This document shows positions 9,082 to 17,920 of a stretch of 64,000 bases of DNA, piece by piece. Position numbers and translations under genes: made by a program. The notes under the pieces were generated by a model, which saw only the letters and a list, made by a program, of their open reading frames with translations, did not search any database and had not been told where the DNA came from. The stretch lies in assembly GCA_041559015.1 (NCBI GenBank), contig JBFFED010000003.1, forward strand, positions 7,495-71,494, in the 5' to 3' direction. The stretch comes from Thermoplasmata archaeon (GTDB lineage: Archaea > Thermoplasmatota > Thermoplasmata > UBA10834). Positions within the stretch are counted from its first letter, which is position 1; each line of letters opens with the position of its first letter.

Positions 9082-10920
9082 ATGAGGGTACTCCTCATAC
9101 ACGCGGATAGGTTCGAATACGAGATCAAGGACCCGACCAAGATGGCGGAGCCACTTCCTGAGAAGTCCGAGAAGAGCCACTCCTTCAAGGAAGTGCTGGT
9201 CGCGTTCTCCACCATCGAGGACTCAGACGAGGACGTACAGGCGATAGCGGAGATAGCGGCTGACGACTTCGCCGAGGTGTTCTCGAAGGTCAATGCGGAG
9301 AGGTTCGTCCTGTACCCTTACGCCCACCTGAGTCCCAACCTCGCGGGCCCGAAGCTAGCCGTCGAAGTGCTCAAGGCTACCGAGGCTGCAATCGCCGAGA
9401 AGGGCATCGAGGTGCACAGGTCTCCTTTCGGGTGGTACAAGGCGTTCGACATCAAGTGCAAGGGCCATCCGCTCTCCGAGCTGTCAAGGGAATTCACGGT
9501 CAAGAAGAAGGTCACCCGCGAGGAGGTCGTGGAGAGGATCGAGAGCGAGTTCTACATACTCACGCCTGATGGCAAGGAGCACCCCCTGAACATGGAGGAT
9601 ATCGACTCCGTCAAGGTCCTGGACGAACACCCGTCCCTCAAGACGTTCATACTGTCCGAGGAGATAGGGCGCTCCAGAGGACAGGAACCGCCCTCGATCA
9701 AGGCGATGCAGAGGCTGGAACTCGTCGACTACGAGGAGGCGAGCGACAGGGGACACTTCAGGATGTTCCCTAAGGGCCATCTGATCTTCAAGCTCCTCGA
9801 GAAGTGGGCCGAGTGGATAGCGGTTGAGAAGATCGATGCCATCCAGATAGACACGCCGATCATGTACGACTGGTCGTACCCCGATATCAGGAGCCAGGGG
9901 ATGTCATTCCACGAGAGGCACTACACTCTCAAGACTGAGGAGAACAGGGAGTTCGTGCTCAGGTTCGCCGGCGACTTCGGACTGTTCAGGATGGTCAAGG
10001 GCGCGACGCTGAGCTACAGGAACCTCCCCCTGCGCATATACGAGTTCTCCAAGAGCTTCAGGCTGGAGCAGCGCGGGGAGCTGACAGGCCTCAAGAGACT
10101 CAGGGCGTTCCACATGCCAGATGTCCATTGCTTCACGAAGGATATTGACGAGGGCTGGAAGGAGTACATGCACCTGTACCGCAACTACTCCGACCTTGCG
10201 GACGCGACTGGCGTCGAGTACGCGGTCGCGTTCAGGATAGTGAAGGAGTTCTACGAGAAGTACAAGGAGAACATCGTGGAGCTGCTGAAGCACTCGAAGA
10301 AGCCCGCGCTGATCGAAGTCCTCTCGGGCATGAAGCACTACTGGGCCGTCAAGCACGAGTTCCAGGGGATAGACGCTGTCGGGGGAGCTGTCCAGCTCAG
10401 CACTGTGCAGCTGGACGTCGAGGACGCAGAGAGGTACGGCCTCGTCTACACGGACTCGGACGGGAAGAAGAAAGGATGCATCATCTGTCACTCATCCATC
10501 GGGTCGATAGAGAGATGGATCTATGTGCTCTTGGAGGAGGCGCTCAAACACGACAAGCCCGCCTTGCCTTTCTGGCTCTCACCGACCCAGATCAGACTCA
10601 TACCGGTCGGCGCGGAGTTCGTGGCGGACTGCAGGAAGCTCGCAGGCCAGCTTGATGCGAGGGTGGACATAGACGACCTCGACGACAAGGTCGGCAAGAA
10701 GATCAGGAACGCGGAGATGGAATGGATCAACATGATCATAGTCGTCGGCGAGAAGGAGCGCTCCTCGGGGCAGTACCCCGTGCGCCTGCGCTCGGGCGAG
10801 CAGAAGACGATGACCCTCGACGGGCTCAAGGGGGAGATAGGGAGACTCTCAGCCGGTTATCCCGAGTCGAAGCTCCCTCTGCCGTTGCTCCTGTCCAAGC
10901 GTCCTGTGTTCAGGGGATGA
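9082..10920 (+). CDS. thrS: Threonyl-tRNA synthetase, archaeal type with N-terminal editing domain
   Basis: 612 aa. The N-terminus MRVLLIHADRFEYEI is the archaeal DTD-like editing domain. It is followed by a class II catalytic core and a C-terminal anticodon-binding domain. Confidence 0.93.
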   Translation: MRVLLIHADRFEYEIKDPTKMAEPLPEKSEKSHSFKEVLVAFSTIEDSDEDVQAIAEIAADDFAEVFSKVNAERFVLYPYAHLSPNLAGPKLAVEVLKATEAAIAEKGIEVHRSPFGWYKAFDIKCKGHPLSELSREFTVKKKVTREEVVERIESEFYILTPDGKEHPLNMEDIDSVKVLDEHPSLKTFILSEEIGRSRGQEPPSIKAMQRLELVDYEEASDRGHFRMFPKGHLIFKLLEKWAEWIAVEKIDAIQIDTPIMYDWSYPDIRSQGMSFHERHYTLKTEENREFVLRFAGDFGLFRMVKGATLSYRNLPLRIYEFSKSFRLEQRGELTGLKRLRAFHMPDVHCFTKDIDEGWKEYMHLYRNYSDLADATGVEYAVAFRIVKEFYEKYKENIVELLKHSKKPALIEVLSGMKHYWAVKHEFQGIDAVGGAVQLSTVQLDVEDAERYGLVYTDSDGKKKGCIICHSSIGSIERWIYVLLEEALKHDKPALPFWLSPTQIRLIPVGAEFVADCRKLAGQLDARVDIDDLDDKVGKKIRNAEMEWINMIIVVGEKERSSGQYPVRLRSGEQKTMTLDGLKGEIGRLSAGYPESKLPLPLLLSKRPVFRG

Positions 10921-10923
10921 CGC

Positions 10924-11553
10924 TCACCGGTTGTCCTCGTCGCCCCAGATGAACTTGTGAAGTTGCGGCAGGACCCTCACATTCAGCCGGTCATTCAGGA
11001 CCTTCTCCGCAAGATTCTTCAGGTCCTTCCCTCCGACGGGCGTGAAAATGATCTCGCACTTCGGCTCGTGCTTCACGACTACCTGCTTCGCGAACGCGTA
11101 GTCTGCATCGTCGGAGATTATCAATTTGAGCTGGTCGGTCGGCCCCAGGAGCTCGATGTTCTCGAAGATCATCTTACCGGATTCGCCAGACGAGGGGCAC
11201 TTGATGTCCATGCTTATGGTCAGGTTCTCGACGCAGGGCATGTCGTCCAAAGGTATCGCCCCGTTCGTCTCAAGCACGACATGGTAGCCCTGGTCAAGGA
11301 GCCTCTCGAGGAGCCTGAGCGATTCCCTCTGAGCGAGCGGCTCCCCGCCTGTGAGACAGACATGCCTGCACTCCAGTCCAGCCACCTTGGCCAATATGGT
11401 CTCGAGGGACATCTCTTCGCCATGGTCGAACGCCTGGGGCGTGTCGCAGTATGCACACCTCAGAGGACACCCTGAGGTCCGGATGAACGCAGTCGGCGCC
11501 CCGATCGTAAGACCTTCCCCTTGAAGCGACTTGAAGATCGAGTAAATCTTCAT
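10924..11553 (-). CDS. queE: 7-carboxy-7-deazaguanine synthase (radical SAM)
   Basis: 209 aa with N-terminus IFKSLQGEGLTIGAPTAFIRTSGCPLRCAYCDT. It overlaps the queC stop by 4 nt. Confidence 0.9.
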   Translation of the reverse strand: MKIYSIFKSLQGEGLTIGAPTAFIRTSGCPLRCAYCDTPQAFDHGEEMSLETILAKVAGLECRHVCLTGGEPLAQRESLRLLERLLDQGYHVVLETNGAIPLDDMPCVENLTISMDIKCPSSGESGKMIFENIELLGPTDQLKLIISDDADYAFAKQVVVKHEPKCEIIFTPVGGKDLKNLAEKVLNDRLNVRVLPQLHKFIWGDEDNR

Positions 11554-12236
11554 GATCTCACCTCGTACTCGAGCGGGTCCTCAATGCCTGCCTTCGCGAA
11601 ACCCTCCAGCCTGAGAACGCACGAGTCGCACCTTCCGCAAGCCTTGGCCCCGCCCCTGTAGCAGCTCCACGTGAGCTCGAGCGGCACCTTGAGCCTCACC
11701 GCCTCCTTGACAATCTCCGCTTTGGACATGAGCAGGATGGGGGCCTCGACCTTGACACCCCTTCCCTCCTTGCCAGCCCTCGTGCCCACATCTAGCACCT
11801 TCTGGAAGGCCTCCATGAACTCTGGCGCGCAGTCCGGGTATCCGCTGAAATCCACCGAGTTGGCGGCTATGAAGATCGACACCGCGCCTCTGCTCTCGGC
11901 GATGGACGCCCCGATGCTAAGGAAGACGATGTTCCTCGAGGGGACATATGTGCTGGGAATATCATCTGACGCCCTGTCCCCCGTCCTCCCCTCCGGTATC
12001 TCCATCGATTGAGTCGTCAGGGAACTCCTCAGCAGCGGCCCAATGTCCAGAGGCACGACGATGTGCTCCTCCACCTCGAAGTGTCTGGCTATCCTCCGGG
12101 CGCTGTTCAGCTCCCTCTTGTGCTTCTGTCCGTAGTCGAATGTGAGCGCCGCGACTGCACGGCCGCGCTCTTTGGCGATCGCGAGAACAGTGGACGAGTC
12201 CAACCCTCCGGAGAGAAGAACAACAGCCTCTGCCAT
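11550..12236 (-). CDS. queC: 7-cyano-7-deazaguanine (preQ0) synthase
   Basis: PP-loop motif VVLLSGGLDSST, TFDYGQKH, and a C-terminal zinc site CGRCDSCVLR. The ATG at 12236 (MAEAVV...) is preferred over the ORF-track start at 12296, which would run into queD. Confidence 0.9.
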   Translation of the reverse strand: MAEAVVLLSGGLDSSTVLAIAKERGRAVAALTFDYGQKHKRELNSARRIARHFEVEEHIVVPLDIGPLLRSSLTTQSMEIPEGRTGDRASDDIPSTYVPSRNIVFLSIGASIAESRGAVSIFIAANSVDFSGYPDCAPEFMEAFQKVLDVGTRAGKEGRGVKVEAPILLMSKAEIVKEAVRLKVPLELTWSCYRGGAKACGRCDSCVLRLEGFAKAGIEDPLEYEVRS

Positions 12237-12252
12237 GCTACAAGACCCCCGC

Positions 12253-12720
12253 TCAGAGGTTCGCGGATGTCCAGGCGCCCTGCCCCCGCCCCTCATCCAC
12301 GCCGATCTCGATCATCTTGACGTTCTTCGGAAACCTGACCTTCTCCATAAGGCGCTTCAGAACGAACTCCGCCAGCGTCTCAGCAGACGCGACCTCGATG
12401 TCCAGCAGGATGCAGTCTGAGATAGGCAGTCGCAGCTCCTTGTCCCCGACCCTGTAGATCACGTACTCATTGCCGATCTTCACTCCCGGGTCCAGTTTCG
12501 GTATGAGGACCCTGTGGTCCAGCTCGGCCGCGATGCCCCGGAGGAACTCCTTCACGCTGATGAAGTCCATGATGACGCCGTCGGGGCCGAGGTCGCCGAC
12601 GATCTTGGCGTTGATTGCATAGTCGTGCCCGTGGAGCCTACCGCACTTCTTGTGCATCGGGATTATGTGCGTCGCGGAGAAGGTTATCTTGGACAGCCAA
12701 CCGTTTATCTCCAATCTCAT
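12253..12720 (-). CDS. queD: 6-carboxy-5,6,7,8-tetrahydropterin synthase
   Basis: 155 aa with the PTPS-family motif CGRLHGHDY and DFISVKE. Confidence 0.88.
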   Translation of the reverse strand: MRLEINGWLSKITFSATHIIPMHKKCGRLHGHDYAINAKIVGDLGPDGVIMDFISVKEFLRGIAAELDHRVLIPKLDPGVKIGNEYVIYRVGDKELRLPISDCILLDIEVASAETLAEFVLKRLMEKVRFPKNVKMIEIGVDEGRGQGAWTSANL

Positions 12721-12754
12721 GCACGAAGGGATAGTCCAGGGCAGTATTTGAACT

Positions 12755-13549
12755 TCAGGCCCGCGTGTGCGTGCCGAAGGCGTGCTCTGCCAGGGCCGCG
12801 GCGAGCATGACGGGTTCAGAGAAGTCCTCCTTCACCCTCGAGGTGTCCACGAATACGCTGTCGAGGTTCACCACAGGGGCGCCGAGTGCCTTCGCGCCCC
12901 CCACGAAGTGCAGCGTCCTGAACATCAGGTTGCCCGAGACGCCGTCGGGGGCAAGGACGAGGTCGCTCTGCCTCACGGCGTCCTCAACAAGAATGGTGAA
13001 ATGCCGCGCCTCATGACCCTTGCTCTTCAGAGAAGCCGCGATCGCGTCCCCGTCACCAAGGCTCCTCCTGATCTCATCTCCCCGGGAAAGATCCTCTAAT
13101 CTGCCCTTGGACAGCACACCCACCCTCAGCTTCCAGCCGACCCGGGCGAAGTATCTGAGGATGTTCTCGGCGATGCGCAGCCTCGAGGCGGCGTCCATAC
13201 CCTCGTCTATGCCCACCGGAGCCAATATGAAAGGCGTCTCGGAGCCCATTATGGCCGCGCGCATGACCTCCCCGATCCCGAACGACCTCTTGATCTCTGA
13301 GACCACGGCGGAAGAGCCCAGGGTGCCTCTGACCGCGGCATCCAGCTCCCCTGACTTGAGGGACCCCATGAGAGCGCCCGCGTCACCGAATCCCTCTACC
13401 CGCACCGAGCACTTCGTCGACCTGAGCCTGCTGAGCGTCTTCTCGAGAGAGTCCCCAGAAAGTCCAATGCCGACACGCGAGTGAGACCTGCAACCCCGCT
13501 CCAGGAGAGCTCCGAGGTCGATCAATCCGAAGGCCTCCTCAGACCTCAT
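12755..13549 (-). CDS. PTA/PlsX-fold protein, MtxX-like (methanogen-marker-4-like)
   Basis: 264 aa. APDGVSGNLMFRTL and GAPVVNLDSVFVDTSR resemble the P-D-x-x-x-G-N and L-S-R motifs of the phosphate acyltransferase fold. It is shorter than a true Pta. The family assignment is from memory. Confidence 0.45.
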   Translation of the reverse strand: MRSEEAFGLIDLGALLERGCRSHSRVGIGLSGDSLEKTLSRLRSTKCSVRVEGFGDAGALMGSLKSGELDAAVRGTLGSSAVVSEIKRSFGIGEVMRAAIMGSETPFILAPVGIDEGMDAASRLRIAENILRYFARVGWKLRVGVLSKGRLEDLSRGDEIRRSLGDGDAIAASLKSKGHEARHFTILVEDAVRQSDLVLAPDGVSGNLMFRTLHFVGGAKALGAPVVNLDSVFVDTSRVKEDFSEPVMLAAALAEHAFGTHTRA

Positions 13550-14534
13550 CTTCGGTCATCTGGTCGAAGGTGTAGTTCTCCCACTTCCGCACGCCGAGGA
13601 CTATCTCGAGCTCCTGGGGCGTGAGGAGCGGCTTGTCGTACATGGCCACATCGTCGATGGCTATCCTTGGGCAGGCGGTCGAGACGTACGCGTCGAACGA
13701 GAGCGAGCGGAGCTTGTCCGGGTCGAATTTGTCCATCAGTATCAGCGCCGCGTCCTTCCGCTTCCACCTGAGGAGCTTCCTGAGCTCCTTCGCCCTCCGC
13801 ATACGCCTCTGCCCGATCTTCTCGCCTATGATGATTCCGAACACGCGGGCGTTCTCCGCCCGCTCGATGACGGCATGGCGCTGTCTGAGCATCTTGTCCT
13901 TGATCTGGTCTATCTCTCTGGGCTCCTCGAGGTTGGGGTCAAGCACGACTATCTTCTTGCCCGTCGCGAGGTGGACTCCCAGGGCGTGGAACGACCCGCT
14001 GCCTATCAGGAGGTAGCTGTTTACATCCTTCGCGAGCGCTGTCGCCGCTGTGTAGTTGCATCCCAGGATCTCGCCGGCATGGGATATCCTGCTGTCCCCC
14101 TCGGATATCTTCGTCTTGATGCCCATGCTCTCGAGGCCCTCAATCACCTCATCCAGCTCCAGGAGGTGTTGGGAGGTCGCGAGCACGCCCACGGGCTCCT
14201 GAAGGAGGCCGACGGACTTCTTGAGCTGATCCGTCACAGGGATCTTCGAACGCGCCGGGACGAACACGACAGGCTTCCCGAACTTGACCGATGGTATGGG
14301 TGAGTGGCCCACGTTCACGATGGCGTCGACCATCTCGAAGAGCGAGCTGGGTATGTCACAGGCCCCGAAGCACGGTTCCGCGACCACGAGCACCTCGGCG
14401 CCCGACTGCTTCTCAAGGTCTTCAGCGAATTGATATGCCCTCTTCTTGAGGCCCTCTGGAACCTGCAGCGCGACCACCCTGGCCTTCAGCCTCTTCAGCT
14501 CGGATATCGCGCTGGTGAGGTCTACGTCGTACAT
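13539..14534 (-). CDS. dph2: 2-(3-amino-3-carboxypropyl)histidine synthase (diphthamide biosynthesis, Dph2)
   Basis: Motifs VALQVPEGLKKRA and VVAEPCFGACDI, plus the length from the ATG at 14534 (331 aa), fit archaeal Dph2. The ORF-track start at 14627 adds an unlikely 31-aa extension. Confidence 0.85.
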   Translation of the reverse strand: MYDVDLTSAISELKRLKARVVALQVPEGLKKRAYQFAEDLEKQSGAEVLVVAEPCFGACDIPSSLFEMVDAIVNVGHSPIPSVKFGKPVVFVPARSKIPVTDQLKKSVGLLQEPVGVLATSQHLLELDEVIEGLESMGIKTKISEGDSRISHAGEILGCNYTAATALAKDVNSYLLIGSGSFHALGVHLATGKKIVVLDPNLEEPREIDQIKDKMLRQRHAVIERAENARVFGIIIGEKIGQRRMRRAKELRKLLRWKRKDAALILMDKFDPDKLRSLSFDAYVSTACPRIAIDDVAMYDKPLLTPQELEIVLGVRKWENYTFDQMTEDEV

Positions 14535-14635
14535 GAGATGACGGCCTTGCCCGTCAGCGCCGGCAGGACGTTCTCCGGCCGTTGCCAGCCTGACAGCTGG
14601 AGTAAAGGGTACGATGCTAAAATACATTGCGAGGA

Positions 14636-15160
14636 TTACGCGGCCCCTGGGGTGCCGCGCTCAAGCACGATGTAGCAGGGCGACGATATCTTTATCGCAG
14701 CCCTCTTGAGCGCGAGCTTCGCCGTGTTGAAGTTCGCCTGGGTGGTCTCGAGGGTCATTATGTCCTGGTCCCTCTTCACCCTGGCAGCAGTGCCTATCGG
14801 CTTGCCGAAAGCATGCCTCATGCCGTCGGAGATACGGTCAGCGCCCGCGCCCGTCGCAATCTTGTTCTCCCTGAGCACGTTGTGCGGGAAGACCCTGATC
14901 TTGAGGTGGTAGCCGGACTGGGGCACTTTCTTCGCCAGGAACCTGTTGGCCGATATACGAGCGGCCTCGAGGGATATGTGCCTTATCTGGCACTGCTCGA
15001 CCACCTTGAGCGTCATCCGGACAGGGTAGTCCCCCTTGGTGCCATGCTCGAACTGCGTTATCCTGTTAGCCGGGACGCCTCCCATGTACTCCCTTCGGCA
15101 GTATGACTGCCCCCTGATCTCCCTGTACATGCTTCCTGGCTTCCTGGACATGGTCATCAC
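14636..15160 (-). CDS. rpl10e: 50S ribosomal protein L10e (uL16)
   Basis: SRKPGSMYREIRGQSYCRREYMGGVP matches the L10e N-terminus. Candidate starts are GTG 15160, ATG 15157 and ATG 15151. Confidence 0.92.
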   Translation of the reverse strand: MMTMSRKPGSMYREIRGQSYCRREYMGGVPANRITQFEHGTKGDYPVRMTLKVVEQCQIRHISLEAARISANRFLAKKVPQSGYHLKIRVFPHNVLRENKIATGAGADRISDGMRHAFGKPIGTAARVKRDQDIMTLETTQANFNTAKLALKRAAIKISSPCYIVLERGTPGAA

Positions 15161-15204
15161 CGGATGCGTTTTCTATCTCAGGTTTGCGGAGATAATGGTC
15201 GTCG

Positions 15205-15212
15205 TATTTAAA
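15205..15212 (-). promoter_or_regulatory. Putative TATA box upstream of rpl10e
   Basis: The minus strand reads TTTAAATA, 45-60 nt upstream of the candidate start codons. Confidence 0.3.
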
Positions 15213-15255
15213 GCTCACTGAGCAGCGATAGCTCGCCGCTGGAGGTGAGGGTCGC

Positions 15256-15263
15256 TTATATAT
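15256..15263 (+). promoter_or_regulatory. Putative TATA box upstream of the small membrane ORF
   Basis: TTATATAT lies 39 nt upstream of the ATG at 15295. The ORF-track ATG at 15262 sits inside the TATA element, so it is unlikely to be the start. Confidence 0.3.
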
Positions 15264-15294
15264 GTTGACCGTATTCCTCGCCCGGAATGGCACC

Positions 15295-15507
15295 ATGACG
15301 GAATTTGAGTCCATAGGAGTATCGACATCAATGGTCATAACCGGCTCGACCGTGGCGATTGTGGGAATGATACTGCTGATCACAGCCACCTTCGCGTTCA
15401 TAATGATGATAGCATTCGGCGTTGCGGTCGCAGCCCTTGGCCTGCTCATCTCGCGAAGGGCAGGCACCAGAGCCCATAGCGAGCTCGAGACCGCCAAGGA
15501 CAGCTAA
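15295..15507 (+). CDS. Small hypothetical membrane protein (two predicted TM helices)
   Basis: 70 aa from the ATG at 15295. The hydrophobic stretches are MVITGSTVAIVGMILLITATFAFIMMIAFGVAVAALGLLI. There is no family match. Confidence 0.4.
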   Translation: MTEFESIGVSTSMVITGSTVAIVGMILLITATFAFIMMIAFGVAVAALGLLISRRAGTRAHSELETAKDS

Positions 15508-15635
15508 TCGGTCGCAGTCCTCTGCAGGCCATGACGACGATGCAAGCGCACCAGAAGCACCAGACAAGATTGCCGGTCTTGTCCCTGCTCTGAGCCCTGA
15601 ACCATTCGCGCGCTCGACAGGAACCTGAGAACGTG

Positions 15636-15642
15636 TATAATA
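15636..15642 (+). promoter_or_regulatory. Putative TATA box upstream of the RNase P subunit gene
   Basis: TATAATA lies 30 nt upstream of the ATG at 15666. Confidence 0.35.
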
Positions 15643-15665
15643 GGGTAATGAGATAGGCGGTCTTG

Positions 15666-15980
15666 ATGGGCAGAAGGCATGTGGGCAAGCGCGATGCCAA
15701 GGATATAGCCAAGGAGCGCATCGATAGACTGTTCGAGCTGGCGGGGCAGGAAGCGCGCTCTGGGGATTTCGGGAGGGCGCGGAGGTACGTGTCGCTCGCC
15801 CTCAGGATGGGTGAGAGGCACAAGGTCCGGGCGGGCCACAAGAGGACCTACTGCCCGGAGTGCATGGTCTTCTTCGTGCCCCCGAAGAACGTAAGGGTCA
15901 GGACCGGCAGGGGCTGGGTCTCGATGACCTGCCTTGAGTGCGGGCATATATCCAGATATCCGATGTTGGCGGGAAGGTGA
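15666..15980 (+). CDS. rnp4: RNase P protein component 4 (Rpp21/Rnp4)
   Basis: An N-terminal helical region (AKERIDRLFELA) is followed by a zinc ribbon, CPECMVFFVP...CLECGH, typical of Rpp21. Confidence 0.85.
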   Translation: MGRRHVGKRDAKDIAKERIDRLFELAGQEARSGDFGRARRYVSLALRMGERHKVRAGHKRTYCPECMVFFVPPKNVRVRTGRGWVSMTCLECGHISRYPMLAGR

Positions 15981-15984
15981 GACG

Positions 15985-16242
15985 GTGGACAAGAGGAGGA
16001 TCCGGGAGCTGAGAGGCAAGGCGCAGTCCCTCTCCCCCACGGTCCATGTCGGCAGAGAGGGCATCACCCATTCCGTGGGCGAGGAGCTGAGGAAGCAGCT
16101 TGAGAAGAACAAGCTGGTCAAGGTCCGCCTCCTGCAGTCGTTCGAGGGGGACAGAGAGGACGCGGGGCGGAGGCTTGCGGACGCATCAGGATCCGTCCTG
16201 GTCGAGGTCAGGGGAAGAACCGTGGTCCTGGCAAGGGAATAA
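15985..16242 (+). CDS. YhbY/CRM-domain RNA-binding protein
   Basis: RELRGKAQSLSPTVHVGREGITHSVGEELRKQLEKNKLVKVRLL matches the YhbY pattern. The GTG at 15985 sits 4 nt after the rnp4 stop and is preceded by GGAAGGTGA. Confidence 0.7.
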   Translation: MDKRRIRELRGKAQSLSPTVHVGREGITHSVGEELRKQLEKNKLVKVRLLQSFEGDREDAGRRLADASGSVLVEVRGRTVVLARE

Positions 16243-16267
16243 GGTAACGAGCTGGCCCTGACCAGTC

Positions 16268-16276
16268 TTTATATAT
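16268..16276 (+). promoter_or_regulatory. Putative TATA box upstream of serS
   Basis: TTTATATAT lies about 45 nt upstream of the GTG at 16317. Confidence 0.35.
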
Positions 16277-16316
16277 GGTCTAAGCGATTGATGGAAAAAT
16301 GTGAGCGTGGTCTGGA

Positions 16317-17579
16317 GTGTTGGACGCGAAGTTCATAAGGGAGAACGAAGGGGTCGTGCGGCAGTCGTTCGAGAACAGGCACCAAGACCCCACGGTCCTC
16401 GAGACGTTCCTCGAACTCGACCGGAAGTGGCGCACGCTCACGGAGGAGGGCAACGCCCTCAGACAGAAGAGGAACGAGGTTTCCGAAGAGATACCCAAGC
16501 TCCCCAAGGAGGAGAAGCAGGCCAAGATCGCGGAGATGAAAGTCATCGCGGAGCGCATCAAGGTCATAGACGGTTCCCTCAAGGGCATCGAGTCCGAGAG
16601 GGACGAGTGCCTCCTGAACATCCCGAACATCCCGGACCCGAGCGTGCCGATAGGCGACGCGGACGAGGGGGACGCCTTCCCGAGGCAGTGGGGACAGCAG
16701 AGGAAGTTCGACTTCAAGCCGCTGACGCACTGGGAACTCGGCGAGAAGCTGGACATAATCGACTTCGAGAGGGGCATCAAGGTCACAGGCGCGGGATTCT
16801 ACGTCCTCAAAGGTGACGGCGCGAGGCTGGAGAGGGCCATGATCAACTACATGCTCGACCTTCACTACGCACAAGGATACAAGGAGATATTCCCGCCCGC
16901 GATCATAAACAGGAAGAGCTGCGTGGGCACCGCCGCGCTACCGAAGATGAAGGACGACATGTACTGGTGCGAGAGGGACGACCTATGGCTCAACCCCACC
17001 GCCGAGGTGCCTGTCACCAACCTGTTCGCGGACGAGATACTCGATGCCCGTCATCTCCCGATCAACCTCACTGCGTATTTGCCTTCGTTCAGGCGCGAGG
17101 CGGGGAAACACATGGAGACGAAGGGCATCGCGAGGGTTCATCAGTTCAACAAGGTCGAACTCGTCAAGTTCGTGTTGCCGGAGACTTCGCTCGAGGAGCT
17201 CGAGACACTGCTCGGGGACGCGGAGGCGGTCGTCAAGGGGCTGGAGTTGCCCTACAGGATAAGGCTCCTCTGCACAGGCAGCACGGGGTTCCACTCTTCC
17301 AAGACCTATGACATCGAGGCGTACGCCCCGGGCATGGACCAATGGCTCGAGGTGTCCTCGTGCAGCAACTTCAAGGAGTTTCAGGCTCGGAGGGCCATGA
17401 TCAAGTTCAGGCGCGAGCCGCACCTCAAGAGCGAGTTCGTGCACACTCTGAACGGCTCGGGGATCGCGCTGCCGCGCACGATGGTCTCCGTCCTGGAGAA
17501 CTACCAGAACAAGGACGGCACGGTCACCGTGCCCGATGTGCTACGGCCCTACATGAAAGGCGCGGAGCTCATCCAGTAG
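16317..17579 (+). CDS. serS: Seryl-tRNA synthetase
   Basis: 420 aa. An N-terminal coiled-coil arm (LDAKFIRENEG...) is followed by a class II core (GAGFYVLKG, FRREAG, GSGIALPR). Confidence 0.94.
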   Translation: MLDAKFIRENEGVVRQSFENRHQDPTVLETFLELDRKWRTLTEEGNALRQKRNEVSEEIPKLPKEEKQAKIAEMKVIAERIKVIDGSLKGIESERDECLLNIPNIPDPSVPIGDADEGDAFPRQWGQQRKFDFKPLTHWELGEKLDIIDFERGIKVTGAGFYVLKGDGARLERAMINYMLDLHYAQGYKEIFPPAIINRKSCVGTAALPKMKDDMYWCERDDLWLNPTAEVPVTNLFADEILDARHLPINLTAYLPSFRREAGKHMETKGIARVHQFNKVELVKFVLPETSLEELETLLGDAEAVVKGLELPYRIRLLCTGSTGFHSSKTYDIEAYAPGMDQWLEVSSCSNFKEFQARRAMIKFRREPHLKSEFVHTLNGSGIALPRTMVSVLENYQNKDGTVTVPDVLRPYMKGAELIQ

Positions 17580-17582
17580 ACC

Positions 17583-17612
17583 TTTCTTCTGCTTGATGAT
17601 TTCTCATATTTG
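17583..17612 (+). terminator. T-rich tract downstream of serS (possible archaeal terminator)
   Basis: TTTCTTCTGCTTGATGATTTCTCATATTTG lies immediately after the serS stop. Confidence 0.3.
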
Positions 17613-17690
17613 AGAATCAGGTCTGATTGCCGCTTCTGTCCACTATATAACCCTCGGGGCCGAATATTGTGGACAGAGTAGGTCCTATAC

Positions 17691-17891
17691 ATGCAGGCAA
17701 ACAAGGATTTTGCGTTGCTCGTTGGCAAGGCGTTCTTGCGCGAGTTGGACGTGGGCAATACAGAGACTGCCCTAGCGTTCGGCAGAGCGTTCCTTCTGGC
17801 GCTCGGGATGAAAGGTCCCGACCACACGGAGAAGCACGGGTACGCAAACGGACGGGACTACGGCGAACACTACGCGACCGCTGGCAGCTGA
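17691..17891 (+). CDS. Small hypothetical protein (weakly supported)
   Basis: 66-aa ORF with TATATAA about 45 nt upstream. It has no recognisable family and could be non-coding. Confidence 0.25.
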   Translation: MQANKDFALLVGKAFLRELDVGNTETALAFGRAFLLALGMKGPDHTEKHGYANGRDYGEHYATAGS

Positions 17892-17920
17892 AGCCTGTCG
17901 ATCACGAGGGCATCGGACGG

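Noticed and set aside
11550-12296. N-terminal extensions in the ORF track for queC (to 12296), dph2 (to 14627), ACR3 (to 45945), the flavoprotein (from 58969) and the ACT paralog (to 60960).
   Set aside because: The extensions overlap neighbouring genes or precede the conserved family N-terminus. Internal ATGs restore normal lengths and spacing.
17594-17626. Possible C/D-box sRNA (TGATGA at 17594-17599 and CTGA at 17623-17626) downstream of serS.
   Set aside because: Only 23 nt separate the boxes. That is too short for the C-D'-C'-D arrangement with two guide regions. No terminal stem is present.
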